Origin: Candidatus Helarchaeota archaeon
GTDB lineage: Archaea; Asgardarchaeota; Lokiarchaeia; Helarchaeales; RDOG01
Direction of reading: 5' to 3'
Assembly (NCBI GenBank): GCA_019058315.1
Contig: JAHPZH010000008.1
Coordinates: 144,869 to 208,868, forward strand
Length of the DNA stretch: 64,000 nucleotides
Positions within the stretch are counted from its first letter, which is position 1. Each line of letters begins with the position of its first letter. The notes under the pieces were generated by a model. It did not search any database. It was not told where the DNA came from and saw only the letters and a list, made by a program, of their open reading frames with translations. The translations under genes and the position numbers were made by a program. Below, one piece after another: positions 10,421 to 19,924 of this stretch.

Positions 10421-10789
10421 TTGTCAGATGATGATGAAAAAAAGGATCAAAAGCGAAAATTAGGATTAATTGAGGTAGAAACATTACCAAGTTTAATAGA
10501 TATGGCAGCAAGAAGTATGCAACCTATTATACAACATCTCCAATTCCTCGGGGAACATATATATTATCTTCAATTTGGGGGTATACCCGGATTTGGAACA
10601 ACAATTTATTTCATTCGGCAAAAAGACCCAATCACTCAAAAGTACATTGTATATAATAAAACTGAAGATAAAATTTTATTTACTGATAAGTTAGATCCTC
10701 GTGGAAACCTTATTTATCTGCCAATTATACATATAAAGAAACAAAATATTTTTTCAGAGAAAGAATTAAAAGAATTTATAGAAAAATAA
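10421..10789 (+). CDS. Conserved archaeal hypothetical protein
   Basis: TTG start after GGGAG, co-oriented 18 nt after acdB; globular alpha/beta composition. Confidence 0.7.
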   Translation: MSDDDEKKDQKRKLGLIEVETLPSLIDMAARSMQPIIQHLQFLGEHIYYLQFGGIPGFGTTIYFIRQKDPITQKYIVYNKTEDKILFTDKLDPRGNLIYLPIIHIKKQNIFSEKELKEFIEK

Positions 10790-10993
10790 ACATTTTTCTA
10801 CCTTTATTTACAAAATTCACTTAAATTTCGCTTTAAAATTCGAATATTTTGCTTTATTGTACAAAATTTACTTTATTATCTTAATTATTTTTATTTATCC
10901 TCAAAGTACTTTTCTTCTTATTAAATGGGCTTACAAATTTTATATATCAAGACTTATTCATTAAATATATATTAAAAAAATAACGAATACGGA

Positions 10994-11851
10994 TTGGTAA
11001 GAAAAATGTCTGATAAAGATTTTCCAGACGACTTATTTGACAAAGCTTTAGATGCACTAGATGAAACAAGTAAAGAACCTATAAAGACTGAAGGTATTAA
11101 GGCAATTCCAGAATTATTAGAAAGAGGTTATTATGATAAAGCAGTCGATATAATGATTAAAATAATTGAAGATCCCGATCCTTATTCCATAAATGATAAA
11201 ATTGCGGTAACAGATATTGCTCATCAAGTTGCTCAACAGGATGCTAATATAATTCGTCGTTTATTGCCTTATCTTTATGTAATTTATAATAAAACGGAAG
11301 CATATCTTACGAGAGCAGCTCCTGATCCTGTATTAATCATGAATACAGCAAACGTTTTAACACATGCAAAATCAGTTTTATATGATGAAATTGCTCGACT
11401 GAAACAATTAATAATTGATGTAGCCAATCAGATTTCAAACGAATATAAGACAAATAATATACCGTTAGGTGATGTTGCACCTCGAGTAGGATTATCGCTG
11501 GTTGTTGTGTTACTATTAGTAGATGAAATGTTACTAAATAAAGAAGTCAGGGGGCATTATGATTCTGTTGGTGATATTTTAACATTAGAATCCGATAAAG
11601 CCAGATGTTATAATTGTGGTGCTGAATTTCCTAAAGACCTAGAGAAGTGTCCCTCTTGTGGTATTGAGTTTCCAAAGTGTGTTATATGCAGATTAATTAT
11701 CCGGACAATACCAGTTACTTGCCCTAAATGCGGTAATAGTGCACATCGAGAACATATGCTTGAATGGCTGAAAATGAGTCACGATAAAAAGAAGGGTAAG
11801 GGCATGTGTCCTATCTGCCAAAACTATTTGGCTCCCGAAGATCTAAAATAA
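10994..11851 (+). CDS. Helical/PCI-like winged helix + zinc ribbon + RING-H2-like domain; putative E3 ligase
   Basis: LVDEMLLNKEVRGHYD (PCI-like end), CYNC..CPSC ribbon, then C-x2-C-x10-C-x2-C-x4-H-x2-H-x3-W...CPIC. Confidence 0.72.
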   Translation: MVRKMSDKDFPDDLFDKALDALDETSKEPIKTEGIKAIPELLERGYYDKAVDIMIKIIEDPDPYSINDKIAVTDIAHQVAQQDANIIRRLLPYLYVIYNKTEAYLTRAAPDPVLIMNTANVLTHAKSVLYDEIARLKQLIIDVANQISNEYKTNNIPLGDVAPRVGLSLVVVLLLVDEMLLNKEVRGHYDSVGDILTLESDKARCYNCGAEFPKDLEKCPSCGIEFPKCVICRLIIRTIPVTCPKCGNSAHREHMLEWLKMSHDKKKGKGMCPICQNYLAPEDLK

Positions 11852-11853
11852 CT

Positions 11854-12588
11854 TTAAGTTAATCTAACCAAACAAATTTTTGCTAATTTACATTTTTCAT
11901 TAAGTTGAATTTCAATAACTACATTTTTATCAGAATATTTCTCAATCTTTTTCTTTTCTTGTTTACAAAACTCATTAATGGAGGGGCACTCATAAATTAT
12001 TCCAGATCTTTTCTTACTTAACTCTTGGTCTTCCAAATATTGATAAATCTTTTCAATGGATTCCTTGGCGTTATTTTGAACAATTTCGTCTGGATCATAA
12101 ATTGCTTTCAATAAAAAAGGGATAGCACGAATATCATTTAATTTTCCAAGCGCCCAGGCAGAATTCTCGCGTACTTCACTATTTTTATCATTTAGACTCT
12201 TAATTAAAGGTTCAAAAGCTTTTTTGTCTTCCAGCTTCCCAATAGACCACGCTGAATTCGCTCTGATCTCATCATTTGGATCATTTAATAATTCAATCAG
12301 AGGATCTACGGCGGCTTGTTCTTCGATGTTTCCAAGAACTTCAATCACATACTTTCTCACGCTTTCTAATTTATGATTCAAATTTTTAATGAGAATATCG
12401 CCTGCCTTTAATAATCCCAAATTCCATATTGCACAATCGCGAATTTGTTCGATAGGATCATTTAATAACTTTGAAAGTGAATCTATAGCTCTGGGATCAC
12501 CTAGTTCACCCAAACCTTCTATGGCATTAATTCTAGTATCTATATCAGCACTTTTTAAGTCTTCTATTAAAGTTTCAAAATTAGACAA
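11854..12588 (-). CDS. HEAT-repeat (PBS-lyase-like) protein
   Basis: Repeated L.D....IR..A..LG.L.D.RA...L units; short Cys-containing tail. Confidence 0.9.
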   Translation of the reverse strand: MSNFETLIEDLKSADIDTRINAIEGLGELGDPRAIDSLSKLLNDPIEQIRDCAIWNLGLLKAGDILIKNLNHKLESVRKYVIEVLGNIEEQAAVDPLIELLNDPNDEIRANSAWSIGKLEDKKAFEPLIKSLNDKNSEVRENSAWALGKLNDIRAIPFLLKAIYDPDEIVQNNAKESIEKIYQYLEDQELSKKRSGIIYECPSINEFCKQEKKKIEKYSDKNVVIEIQLNEKCKLAKICLVRLT

Positions 12589-12650
12589 TTTATCTCAAAT
12601 AATTAATAGCGCTATTAAAATATAAATAAAAAGAAAGAGATTAAGATGCT

Positions 12651-13817
12651 TTAAGAAGCTTTAATTGTTTTAGCTATTACTTTTTCCGGTAATTTCTTTA
12701 TTATTTCTTCTGCTTCACTCATTATGCCTTCAACTAAATCCTTTATAGTTGGGATGGAGTCAATTCTTCCTGTTACTTCGCCACCTAAAATAATACTATT
12801 ATCAACATCACCGTCGAATAAAGCTGCCATTCCTTCCATTTCCAATTTCATGATTTCTGATGTACTTTCCATGGGTTTACCCAAAAATACTTCTGGGATG
12901 CTTTTTAAAGTTTCTTCTACTACTTTGATTGATTGAGCATTTCGTAAAAATCTCATTGGACCAAATAAACCACGCCCTACTAGTGTACCTCTTTCATCTC
13001 TTTCAACTATAGCTTTTTTCCAAATATCCTGAAATTCGGATTCCTTTGTTGCAATGAATCTAGTACCCATTTGAATGCCTATAGCGCCCATAGCTATTGC
13101 AGCAGCTAATGATCTTCCATCACAATAACCACCTGCTGCAACTACAGGTTTGTTTACTGCTTTGATTACAGCCGGTAGAAGAACCATACTATGAACAGGA
13201 TCCCACGCTATATGAGCACCACCTTCATGACCAGATGCAATTATAATATCAACGTCTGCCTTTTCAGCTCTCTTTGCATGAACCACAGCGGGGACAACGT
13301 GACACCAAGTTATATCATCATGAAAAGTCTTTGGCTGATATTTTGCAGGTCTTTTTGCACCCTTAGCTTTAGCATCAATTGCCCAAGGTAAGGGATCTCC
13401 GGCACTGGTAACAATCACTTTAAGCTTTTGTTTAATTTCTGGATGTTCTTCAATTGTATTAACGATTCCTCTCATTAACCTTTTTGCAACAGCTACGAAT
13501 TCATAAGAAACTGGAATATTTACTCCGAATACAGCGTCGGGAAAATCTTTTAAACCATCCCATACTTTCATTATCGCGTTGCTAATTAGGACATCAGGGC
13601 TACCTTTTCCAAAGACTTTGGAAGCTGAGTCAGGGGTTGCAGCGGAAAGACCGACACCCATTCCAATTGTAGAGATTAAACCTACTGCGCCAGCTCTAGC
13701 GGCATAAAGACTTAATTCTGTTGTCGAATATGGACCCATTCCTGCTTGAATTATCGGATACTTTGTTCCTATCATTTCTTGAAACTTAGTTCTTACAACC
13801 AAATTTATTCGCCTCAT
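12651..13817 (-). CDS. Nitronate monooxygenase / FabK-like FMN-dependent enoyl reductase (likely TTG start ~13802)
   Basis: YPIIQAGMG, G.EGGAH, PVVAAGG..DGR.LAAA and GIQMGTRF.AT.ES motifs. Confidence 0.9.
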   Translation of the reverse strand: MRRINLVVRTKFQEMIGTKYPIIQAGMGPYSTTELSLYAARAGAVGLISTIGMGVGLSAATPDSASKVFGKGSPDVLISNAIMKVWDGLKDFPDAVFGVNIPVSYEFVAVAKRLMRGIVNTIEEHPEIKQKLKVIVTSAGDPLPWAIDAKAKGAKRPAKYQPKTFHDDITWCHVVPAVVHAKRAEKADVDIIIASGHEGGAHIAWDPVHSMVLLPAVIKAVNKPVVAAGGYCDGRSLAAAIAMGAIGIQMGTRFIATKESEFQDIWKKAIVERDERGTLVGRGLFGPMRFLRNAQSIKVVEETLKSIPEVFLGKPMESTSEIMKLEMEGMAALFDGDVDNSIILGGEVTGRIDSIPTIKDLVEGIMSEAEEIIKKLPEKVIAKTIKAS

Positions 13818-13980
13818 AAGGTTTAAACTTGAAATTAATTTTGATAATAAAACTTTTTTCGTATGTTGGAATTACAACATATTAAAATTTCAAGAAAAAG
13901 TAGCAAATTTGAAATTATTTTATAAAATTAGAATTAGATCTATGTATTTTTAATATAAAGAAAAGAATTTATTTGAAATT

Positions 13981-15327
13981 TTATTTTTCTTTAGTCAAAT
14001 CTTGAACTGCAATTACTTTATGAAGATAGAGGGGCAATTCACCAATATCGCAGAGGAGAATTTCAGCTGGAATATTTGTTTTTTTCTTAATTTCTTCTGC
14101 AATACCAATTTCAAGCTCTTTTCTTCTTTCTTCAGTAATTGCTTTTCTCATATTTTGGATTCCAACATGGATCTTAAATTTCTCCATAATTTTTACATCT
14201 TTAATTATTGTAAATTCAGCAGTTCGAGTTTCTGGAAAGCTGCGAATTTCATCTATAACATCATAGGGAAACAGTGCTTTATTTTGGATATGGAACATGA
14301 AATCTTCTCTTCCTAGGCATTTAAGTTTGTGTTTTCTTCCGCATGGGCATTTTTCAGAATGGATATGTCCCATATCATCGCTCATCCATCTAATTAGAGG
14401 AGTTGCTTGGCGATCAAATTCGGTGTAAGTAAATTCACCTCGTTCACCTGCTTCTAAACGTTCCCCAGTTTCCGGGTCGGTCACCTCAAAATAAAACAAG
14501 TCTTCAGGAATGTGACATCCCTCCTTTTGCCAACATTCAAAAAATCCGAATGATGCATCACTCATAGCGTAGGCTTCGAAAATATCTTTGATATTTAATT
14601 CTTCTTGCATAAATTTCCTTGTACCCTCTGAAACTGCTGCACTTGTCAAGGACATAATTGCATCTTCGGGTAAATTTAATTCTTTTGGCTCAACACCCAC
14701 TTGTTTCATAAGTTCGAAGAATAAAACTGTGAAATCCATAATCCCAAACCAGAAATTAGGTTGTAAATTAGAAATCCATTTAATCCATTGTTGAACTTTC
14801 ATGGATAAAATATCAAAAGCTATCCAATTTGATTTTAAATTTAACATCTTCACTGCTTTATTAATGCCTGGCCAGATTCCATGCCAAGCTGTTCCTGATA
14901 AAAGAGTTGTCATTTTCGGAAGGACACCTATACTCCAAAATCCCCTAGCCCATCCTTCACCTTTGAGTTTTATATCATCACTAGTCCAGGCGTGAAAGTT
15001 TGATTCTCCAGAAGTTCCAGTGCTAACAGTGATCAATTTTATATATTCTTGAGGGGAGCAGAGAATTCCACAAAAAGGATCTCCTGTTTCACTTCGATAT
15101 TTTCTCAACATACTTTTATCGATTAGTGGAACCTTTTTAAGATCGTCTACATTTCTTATATCAATAGGATTTACATTTGCGTCTTTTAAAATTTGTTTAT
15201 ATAATGGTGAGTAAAGATATGTATACTTTATCATAGCTTGGAGCTTTCTATTTTGAATTTCTAATAATTCTTTGTCGGTCAACCAAGCCTCCATTTGAGG
15301 GTTCCAATAAGGTCTTTGTTCAGACAT
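13981..15327 (-). CDS. Phenylacetate-CoA ligase (PaaK)/F390-synthetase family acyl-CoA ligase
   Basis: P-loop VSTGTSG, YAMSD, GERGE...T, PLIRW..DD and CPCGR...GREDF. Start placed at MSEQRP after GGAG. Confidence 0.88.
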   Translation of the reverse strand: MSEQRPYWNPQMEAWLTDKELLEIQNRKLQAMIKYTYLYSPLYKQILKDANVNPIDIRNVDDLKKVPLIDKSMLRKYRSETGDPFCGILCSPQEYIKLITVSTGTSGESNFHAWTSDDIKLKGEGWARGFWSIGVLPKMTTLLSGTAWHGIWPGINKAVKMLNLKSNWIAFDILSMKVQQWIKWISNLQPNFWFGIMDFTVLFFELMKQVGVEPKELNLPEDAIMSLTSAAVSEGTRKFMQEELNIKDIFEAYAMSDASFGFFECWQKEGCHIPEDLFYFEVTDPETGERLEAGERGEFTYTEFDRQATPLIRWMSDDMGHIHSEKCPCGRKHKLKCLGREDFMFHIQNKALFPYDVIDEIRSFPETRTAEFTIIKDVKIMEKFKIHVGIQNMRKAITEERRKELEIGIAEEIKKKTNIPAEILLCDIGELPLYLHKVIAVQDLTKEK

Positions 15328-15340
15328 AATTAATTCTCCA

Positions 15341-16339
15341 TTATTTAGTATAAACAATTCTTGCGGTTGTTCTTCCGCAGGGGCAGGGATCTTTTAGAAT
15401 TTTAATCTTTTCTTTAGATAGCGTGAATCTTAATTGAGGGGTAGCCCTGAAAAGCAGATTTGTAATTGAAAGCGATCCTTCTTCACCTTCATTCATCACT
15501 TCTCCAGTTTTAGGATTCACCGCTTCTACGATATAAAAATCTTCAGGGATATGTAAGCCTTGATGCTGTTCGCAATCGATAGCAAAAAAACTAGCAATAT
15601 CATTATGACGAAACTGAAAAAATTCTCCTAAAAATCCTTTTTCTTTAAAAAATTCTTTATGTTCTTCTTTTAGAGTTTTTTCTGTAAAAATAACTGTTTT
15701 ATAGCATTTCAAATATTCAGCTGGATCTACATTAAGTTCGAAGTTGCATACATTAATCATAGCTCTAGCCATAGCAGGAGGACCAATAAAAAAGGGTGGT
15801 TTTAAATGTTTAATTGTTATCATAATTCGCTTTGCATCCATCGCTTGACGCATACAATTTAATGTAATTGCACCAATTTGAGAAAGAGATTGAAAGAATA
15901 TTCTTTGACGGATATCAATTTCTGAAGTTAATACATGAACTAAATCACCAGTATGAATCCCTGCCATATACCAGATCCTAGTTAATAAATTTGACAATAA
16001 GTTCCAATCATTTTCCGTATAGGCAATAAAATTTGGGACTTTGGCCTCAAAAAAATCTGGAGCAAATCGATATACATGTTCCCAATCCACCGTTAAATTA
16101 CCACAAAAGAGATCATTTATTTTATCGATTTCTTTTTTCATCTCTTTAAATATAGTAAGCGGAATTTTATTAAGATCTTCCAAATTTTTTATATCTTCTA
16201 CTGAAATATTCCCTTCATCTAATTTTTTATGATAATAATTGGAATAATTGTCGAGATAATATAATTGAGATTTTAATTTTTCAAATTGCTGCTTTTCTAT
16301 TTCTGATCTGCTTTGATATTCTAGTCTGGTAGTTAAAAT
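15341..16339 (-). CDS. Degenerate, C-terminally truncated PaaK-like protein (probable ATT start at 16339)
   Basis: Homologous to the downstream ligase (EDL.KIP, HIPEDF..E, GEEG.L..T, CPCGR). The frame extends 52 codons upstream of 16183 with PaaK-like N-terminal sequence. It lacks the P-loop and stops at the hinge. Confidence 0.75.
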   Translation of the reverse strand: MLTTRLEYQSRSEIEKQQFEKLKSQLYYLDNYSNYYHKKLDEGNISVEDIKNLEDLNKIPLTIFKEMKKEIDKINDLFCGNLTVDWEHVYRFAPDFFEAKVPNFIAYTENDWNLLSNLLTRIWYMAGIHTGDLVHVLTSEIDIRQRIFFQSLSQIGAITLNCMRQAMDAKRIMITIKHLKPPFFIGPPAMARAMINVCNFELNVDPAEYLKCYKTVIFTEKTLKEEHKEFFKEKGFLGEFFQFRHNDIASFFAIDCEQHQGLHIPEDFYIVEAVNPKTGEVMNEGEEGSLSITNLLFRATPQLRFTLSKEKIKILKDPCPCGRTTARIVYTK

Positions 16340-16373
16340 TTTATTTGCACCTTTTTTTTATTATAGAATGAAA

Positions 16374-16622
16374 TCAATCAAATTGGGTTCTGTGAACGGG
16401 ATGTTTAAGAAAGTGTTTCTCTAAATCATCTTTTGATCTAAATCTATTTCCACACTTTTTACAACGAGTATCATAAAGTTTAAGTGTACATTTTTTACAA
16501 TAAGGAGAATCTTCTACACCTGCTGCTGCTCCCGAGCAAGAGGGGCAAAACCCTTTTCCACAATTATCACATTTTACAATAGGTCCCGAAGAACCGCAAA
16601 TATCACACGCCATAATAGCCAC
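16374..16622 (-). CDS. Small multi-zinc-finger protein (Cys-rich N-terminus + classical C2H2 finger)
   Basis: CDIC, CDNC, CPSC and CKKC pairs, then C-x2-C-x3-F-x5-L-x2-H-x3-H. Probable start is the ATG at 16613. Confidence 0.8.
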   Translation of the reverse strand: MAIMACDICGSSGPIVKCDNCGKGFCPSCSGAAAGVEDSPYCKKCTLKLYDTRCKKCGNRFRSKDDLEKHFLKHPVHRTQFD

Positions 16623-16647
16623 CTTTATTAAAACTTAATTTAATGTG

Positions 16648-16670
16648 TGACAATATTAAATTTATTGTCA
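16648..16670. promoter_or_regulatory. Inverted repeat TGACAATA-N7-TATTGTCA in a divergent promoter region; candidate transcription factor operator
   Basis: Perfect 8-bp arms between the divergent zinc-finger and phosphorylase genes. Confidence 0.4.
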
Positions 16671-16755
16671 TAGTATTAACAATTTAAAAAACATTAGATA
16701 ATTCTTTATTGAATTTTAACTAAACAAATTTAACCAATTCAAATTAAAAATTTAA

Positions 16756-17538
16756 ATGATAACTTTAGTTAATACTTATTCTGACCTTAATAATAGGAAA
16801 ATATTTGAAATGGAATCATTTATTGTTCAAATGTTATTAAATTGCAGCCCAAAAAGAATAGCAAAAACAATATTACTTCCTGCTGGAGATTTATCTCAAA
16901 ATAGAATAATTTCAAAGCTCAAAGAAGTTAAAAAATGTGGTAGAACTTATCGTGGGAAGATAGGTGAGTTAAAAGTATCTGTCGTTAATTCTGGGATTGG
17001 TGCTCCATTTGCAGCAACCATTCTTGAAGCTTTAATTAGAGCTGGCGTTCAAAGGATCATACGTTTAGATTTTTGTGGAGGTATATCTGAAGATATTGAA
17101 ATTGGAGATCTCGTCATTTCCTCTTCAGCAATTCGTGGAGATGGTACAACTCCCCATTATTTACCAGATTCTAAAGATTTAAAAATTGATGGAGATATTA
17201 AATTAACAAATCACATGGTAGAACAATTTAAACAAGCTAAAATTCCTTTCCATGTTGGTCCAGTTTACTCTCATGACGCTATATTTAAAGAACCAGACAG
17301 TTTAATTCAAAAAATAAAAGAATTAAATTGTATCGCTATTGATATGGAGACATCCATACTTTTTACAATAGGTGCTTTGAATAATATATCCACAACTTCA
17401 ATTATGGTGGTTTCTGACCATCCAGCTAAAAATCAAAAACTTTTTGAAATGAAGACTTTATCTCCAGTCATTTTTAAGAATTTAGACAGAGCTATTGATA
17501 TCGTTTTTAATGGTTTGATTAAATTTCAGAAATTTTAA
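16756..17538 (+). CDS. Nucleoside phosphorylase (PNP/uridine phosphorylase family)
   Basis: LLPAGD, SGIGAP, AIRGDGTT.HY, S.DA and DMETS motifs. Confidence 0.88.
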   Translation: MITLVNTYSDLNNRKIFEMESFIVQMLLNCSPKRIAKTILLPAGDLSQNRIISKLKEVKKCGRTYRGKIGELKVSVVNSGIGAPFAATILEALIRAGVQRIIRLDFCGGISEDIEIGDLVISSSAIRGDGTTPHYLPDSKDLKIDGDIKLTNHMVEQFKQAKIPFHVGPVYSHDAIFKEPDSLIQKIKELNCIAIDMETSILFTIGALNNISTTSIMVVSDHPAKNQKLFEMKTLSPVIFKNLDRAIDIVFNGLIKFQKF

Positions 17539-17550
17539 GGATTTGAAAAA

Positions 17551-18165
17551 ATGAGTGAAATATACGATTATTCTAGCATACCCGAATTCACAAGAAGATG
17601 GTATCTAACCGAATCTAAAAACCATTGGATTGATTTAGTAGTAGTTGAGTCCGGATTGAATTATATCGGGACTGATTGGAGTGTTCAGAGTGGTGGGGGT
17701 TATATGGCAGGATTTCAGTCCTTTGACGAATTTTTTAAAAAAGGGCCAATTAACAACATGCCTGAGGAAATTCATAACGAATTAAAACAACATCTAATAA
17801 AATATCGACGCAAAGGCGGAGCGGGATTACTCTTAACCCATAAAAATGAACTATCAGAATTAGTATTGTGGAGGGCATTCGTCCACCTTGATGATAACCC
17901 TATAAGAATTATTTCAATTTCTGAAATGGGCAATCAGCCGGAAGTTGTTTTTTTTGACGGTGCTCTACCAGTAGGCGAACATAATATTGGTTTTGTATTC
18001 ATATTTAAGAAACATGATAAACAGGGAGAAAATGACCCCTTGTGGAAAGTTCGAGCTGATTTTGATTTTACTATAGAATCAAATCTGAAAGAAAAAAAAG
18101 TAATAGAAATTATAACTTCGAGGGACTCAAAAGGTGTTATAAAAACTCGCTGGACTGAAATCTGA
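17551..18165 (+). CDS. Hypothetical protein
   Basis: 204-aa ORF co-oriented 12 nt after the phosphorylase; no family recognised. Confidence 0.65.
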   Translation: MSEIYDYSSIPEFTRRWYLTESKNHWIDLVVVESGLNYIGTDWSVQSGGGYMAGFQSFDEFFKKGPINNMPEEIHNELKQHLIKYRRKGGAGLLLTHKNELSELVLWRAFVHLDDNPIRIISISEMGNQPEVVFFDGALPVGEHNIGFVFIFKKHDKQGENDPLWKVRADFDFTIESNLKEKKVIEIITSRDSKGVIKTRWTEI

Positions 18166-18271
18166 AGAAATTAATAGTTATTTTTGCATGAATGATAATA
18201 TTTTTAAATAAAAAATCATAAAAAAAGTTAATTTCAAAAATTTTAAGTTAAGCTGGATAATTAAGGAGTTT

Positions 18272-19825
18272 TTGTATTTGAGAAAAAAATCAATTACATT
18301 TGTATTTATACCTTTATTCTTAATTTTTTCAGTTGGTCTACAAAGTTCTGATTGCGTAAGTGTTCAACCTTATATAGCTACTGATACCGATAATACGCTC
18401 ACAACAGCTGCGAATTGGTCTAATGCAACCGTGATTTCAGATGACAATACAAATTGGAATGATGGTAGTAGTTTTTCTCCTGATATTGCAATTGATGCTG
18501 ATGGAAACGTGTATGTAGTCTGGTATGATCACACTGATGGTGAATGGGGAATTGACCAAGAAATAATGTATACCAAACATACTAGTGCTGGTTGGTCTAA
18601 TGCAACTGTGATTTCGGATGATGAAACTGGATGGAATATTGGTGATAGTTCATTTCCTTGCATTGCAATCGATGATGATGGAAATATACATGTAGTCTGG
18701 CATGATACAACAAATGGCGAATGGGGTGTAGACGTCGAAATCATGTATGCAAATTATACTGGTGATAACTGGTCTAATGCAACAGTTATCTCGGACATTT
18801 ATGGTTGGAATGATGGAAATAGTTATTCTCCCGACATCGCAATCGATGGTTATGGAAACATCCATATGGTATGGTATGATTATACTATTGGGGAATGGGG
18901 CGGTGACGGCGAAATTATGTATTCCAAATACAATGCGGCTGGTTGGTCTAATGCAACTGTGATCTCAGATATTTATGGTTGGAATGATGGTAATAGTATT
19001 AATCCTTCTATCGCAGTCGATGGTGATGGAAATGCGCATGTAGTATGGGAGGATGACACTAATGGTGAATGGGGAACTGACCAAGAAATAATGTATTCCA
19101 AACATACTGCAGCTGGTTGGTCTAATGCAACGGTGATCTCGGATGATGGCACTGAATGGAATGATGCTGATAGTTATTCTCCCAACATCGCAATTGATGG
19201 CGATGGAAACATATATGTAGTCTGGTATGACAAAACTATTGGTGAATGGGGAACGGACCAAGAAATAATGTTCACTAAAAATACTGCAACTGGTTGGGAA
19301 ACAACTATAATTTCGGATATATATGGCTGGAATGATGGTAATAGTCAATATCCTGACATCGTAATTGATGGCGATGGAAATGTGCATGTAGTCTGGTATG
19401 ATTATACAAATGGCCAATGGGGAACGGATGCTGAAATTATGTATGTAAACCGCATTGGTACTAGTTGGTCTAATGCAACCGTGATCTCGGATGATGCAAC
19501 TGGATGGAATGATGCTGGTAGTTATTTTCCTAGTATTGCAATCGATGGTGATGGATATGTGCATGTAGTTTGGCGTGATGGAACTAATGGTGAATGGGGG
19601 GCAGATGATGAAATTATGTATTCAAAGAATTTAGCTAGAGAGACAAGCGATAGCGATGAGCCAATAAACATCGTTATTGTACCCTCGCAAGATTCTTCTA
19701 TATCATTACTCTCACCATTGGGATTAATAATAATGGCAAGTATCGCTATAATAACCTCTATAATCGTATCAACAATCATCACAAAAAGTTTAGGCAAAGG
19801 AAATAATCATAGAAGGATTAAGTAA
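18272..19825 (+). CDS. Secreted, C-terminally anchored seven-repeat beta-propeller-like glycoprotein
   Basis: Signal peptide, 7 x ~58-aa WSNATVISD...P.IAID.DGN.HVVW.D...EWG.D.EIMY units, C-terminal TM and basic tail. Confidence 0.85.
   Translation: MYLRKKSITFVFIPLFLIFSVGLQSSDCVSVQPYIATDTDNTLTTAANWSNATVISDDNTNWNDGSSFSPDIAIDADGNVYVVWYDHTDGEWGIDQEIMYTKHTSAGWSNATVISDDETGWNIGDSSFPCIAIDDDGNIHVVWHDTTNGEWGVDVEIMYANYTGDNWSNATVISDIYGWNDGNSYSPDIAIDGYGNIHMVWYDYTIGEWGGDGEIMYSKYNAAGWSNATVISDIYGWNDGNSINPSIAVDGDGNAHVVWEDDTNGEWGTDQEIMYSKHTAAGWSNATVISDDGTEWNDADSYSPNIAIDGDGNIYVVWYDKTIGEWGTDQEIMFTKNTATGWETTIISDIYGWNDGNSQYPDIVIDGDGNVHVVWYDYTNGQWGTDAEIMYVNRIGTSWSNATVISDDATGWNDAGSYFPSIAIDGDGYVHVVWRDGTNGEWGADDEIMYSKNLARETSDSDEPINIVIVPSQDSSISLLSPLGLIIMASIAIITSIIVSTIITKSLGKGNNHRRIK
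18416..19630 (+). repeat. Seven ~171-177-bp coding repeats
   Basis: Recurrent tggtctaatgcaac.gtgat and gaaat.atgta units. Confidence 0.9.
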
Positions 19826-19924
19826 AATACTAAAAATTTATTATAATTTCTTTTTTTTTGAGATTATTTTTTATAACAGTTTAAATTGATCCCGATTAAA
19901 TAAAAAATATATTGGGATAAAGGA

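Noticed and set aside
18529-19797. Several alternative-frame ORFs over the propeller gene
   Set aside because: By-products of the repetitive coding sequence.
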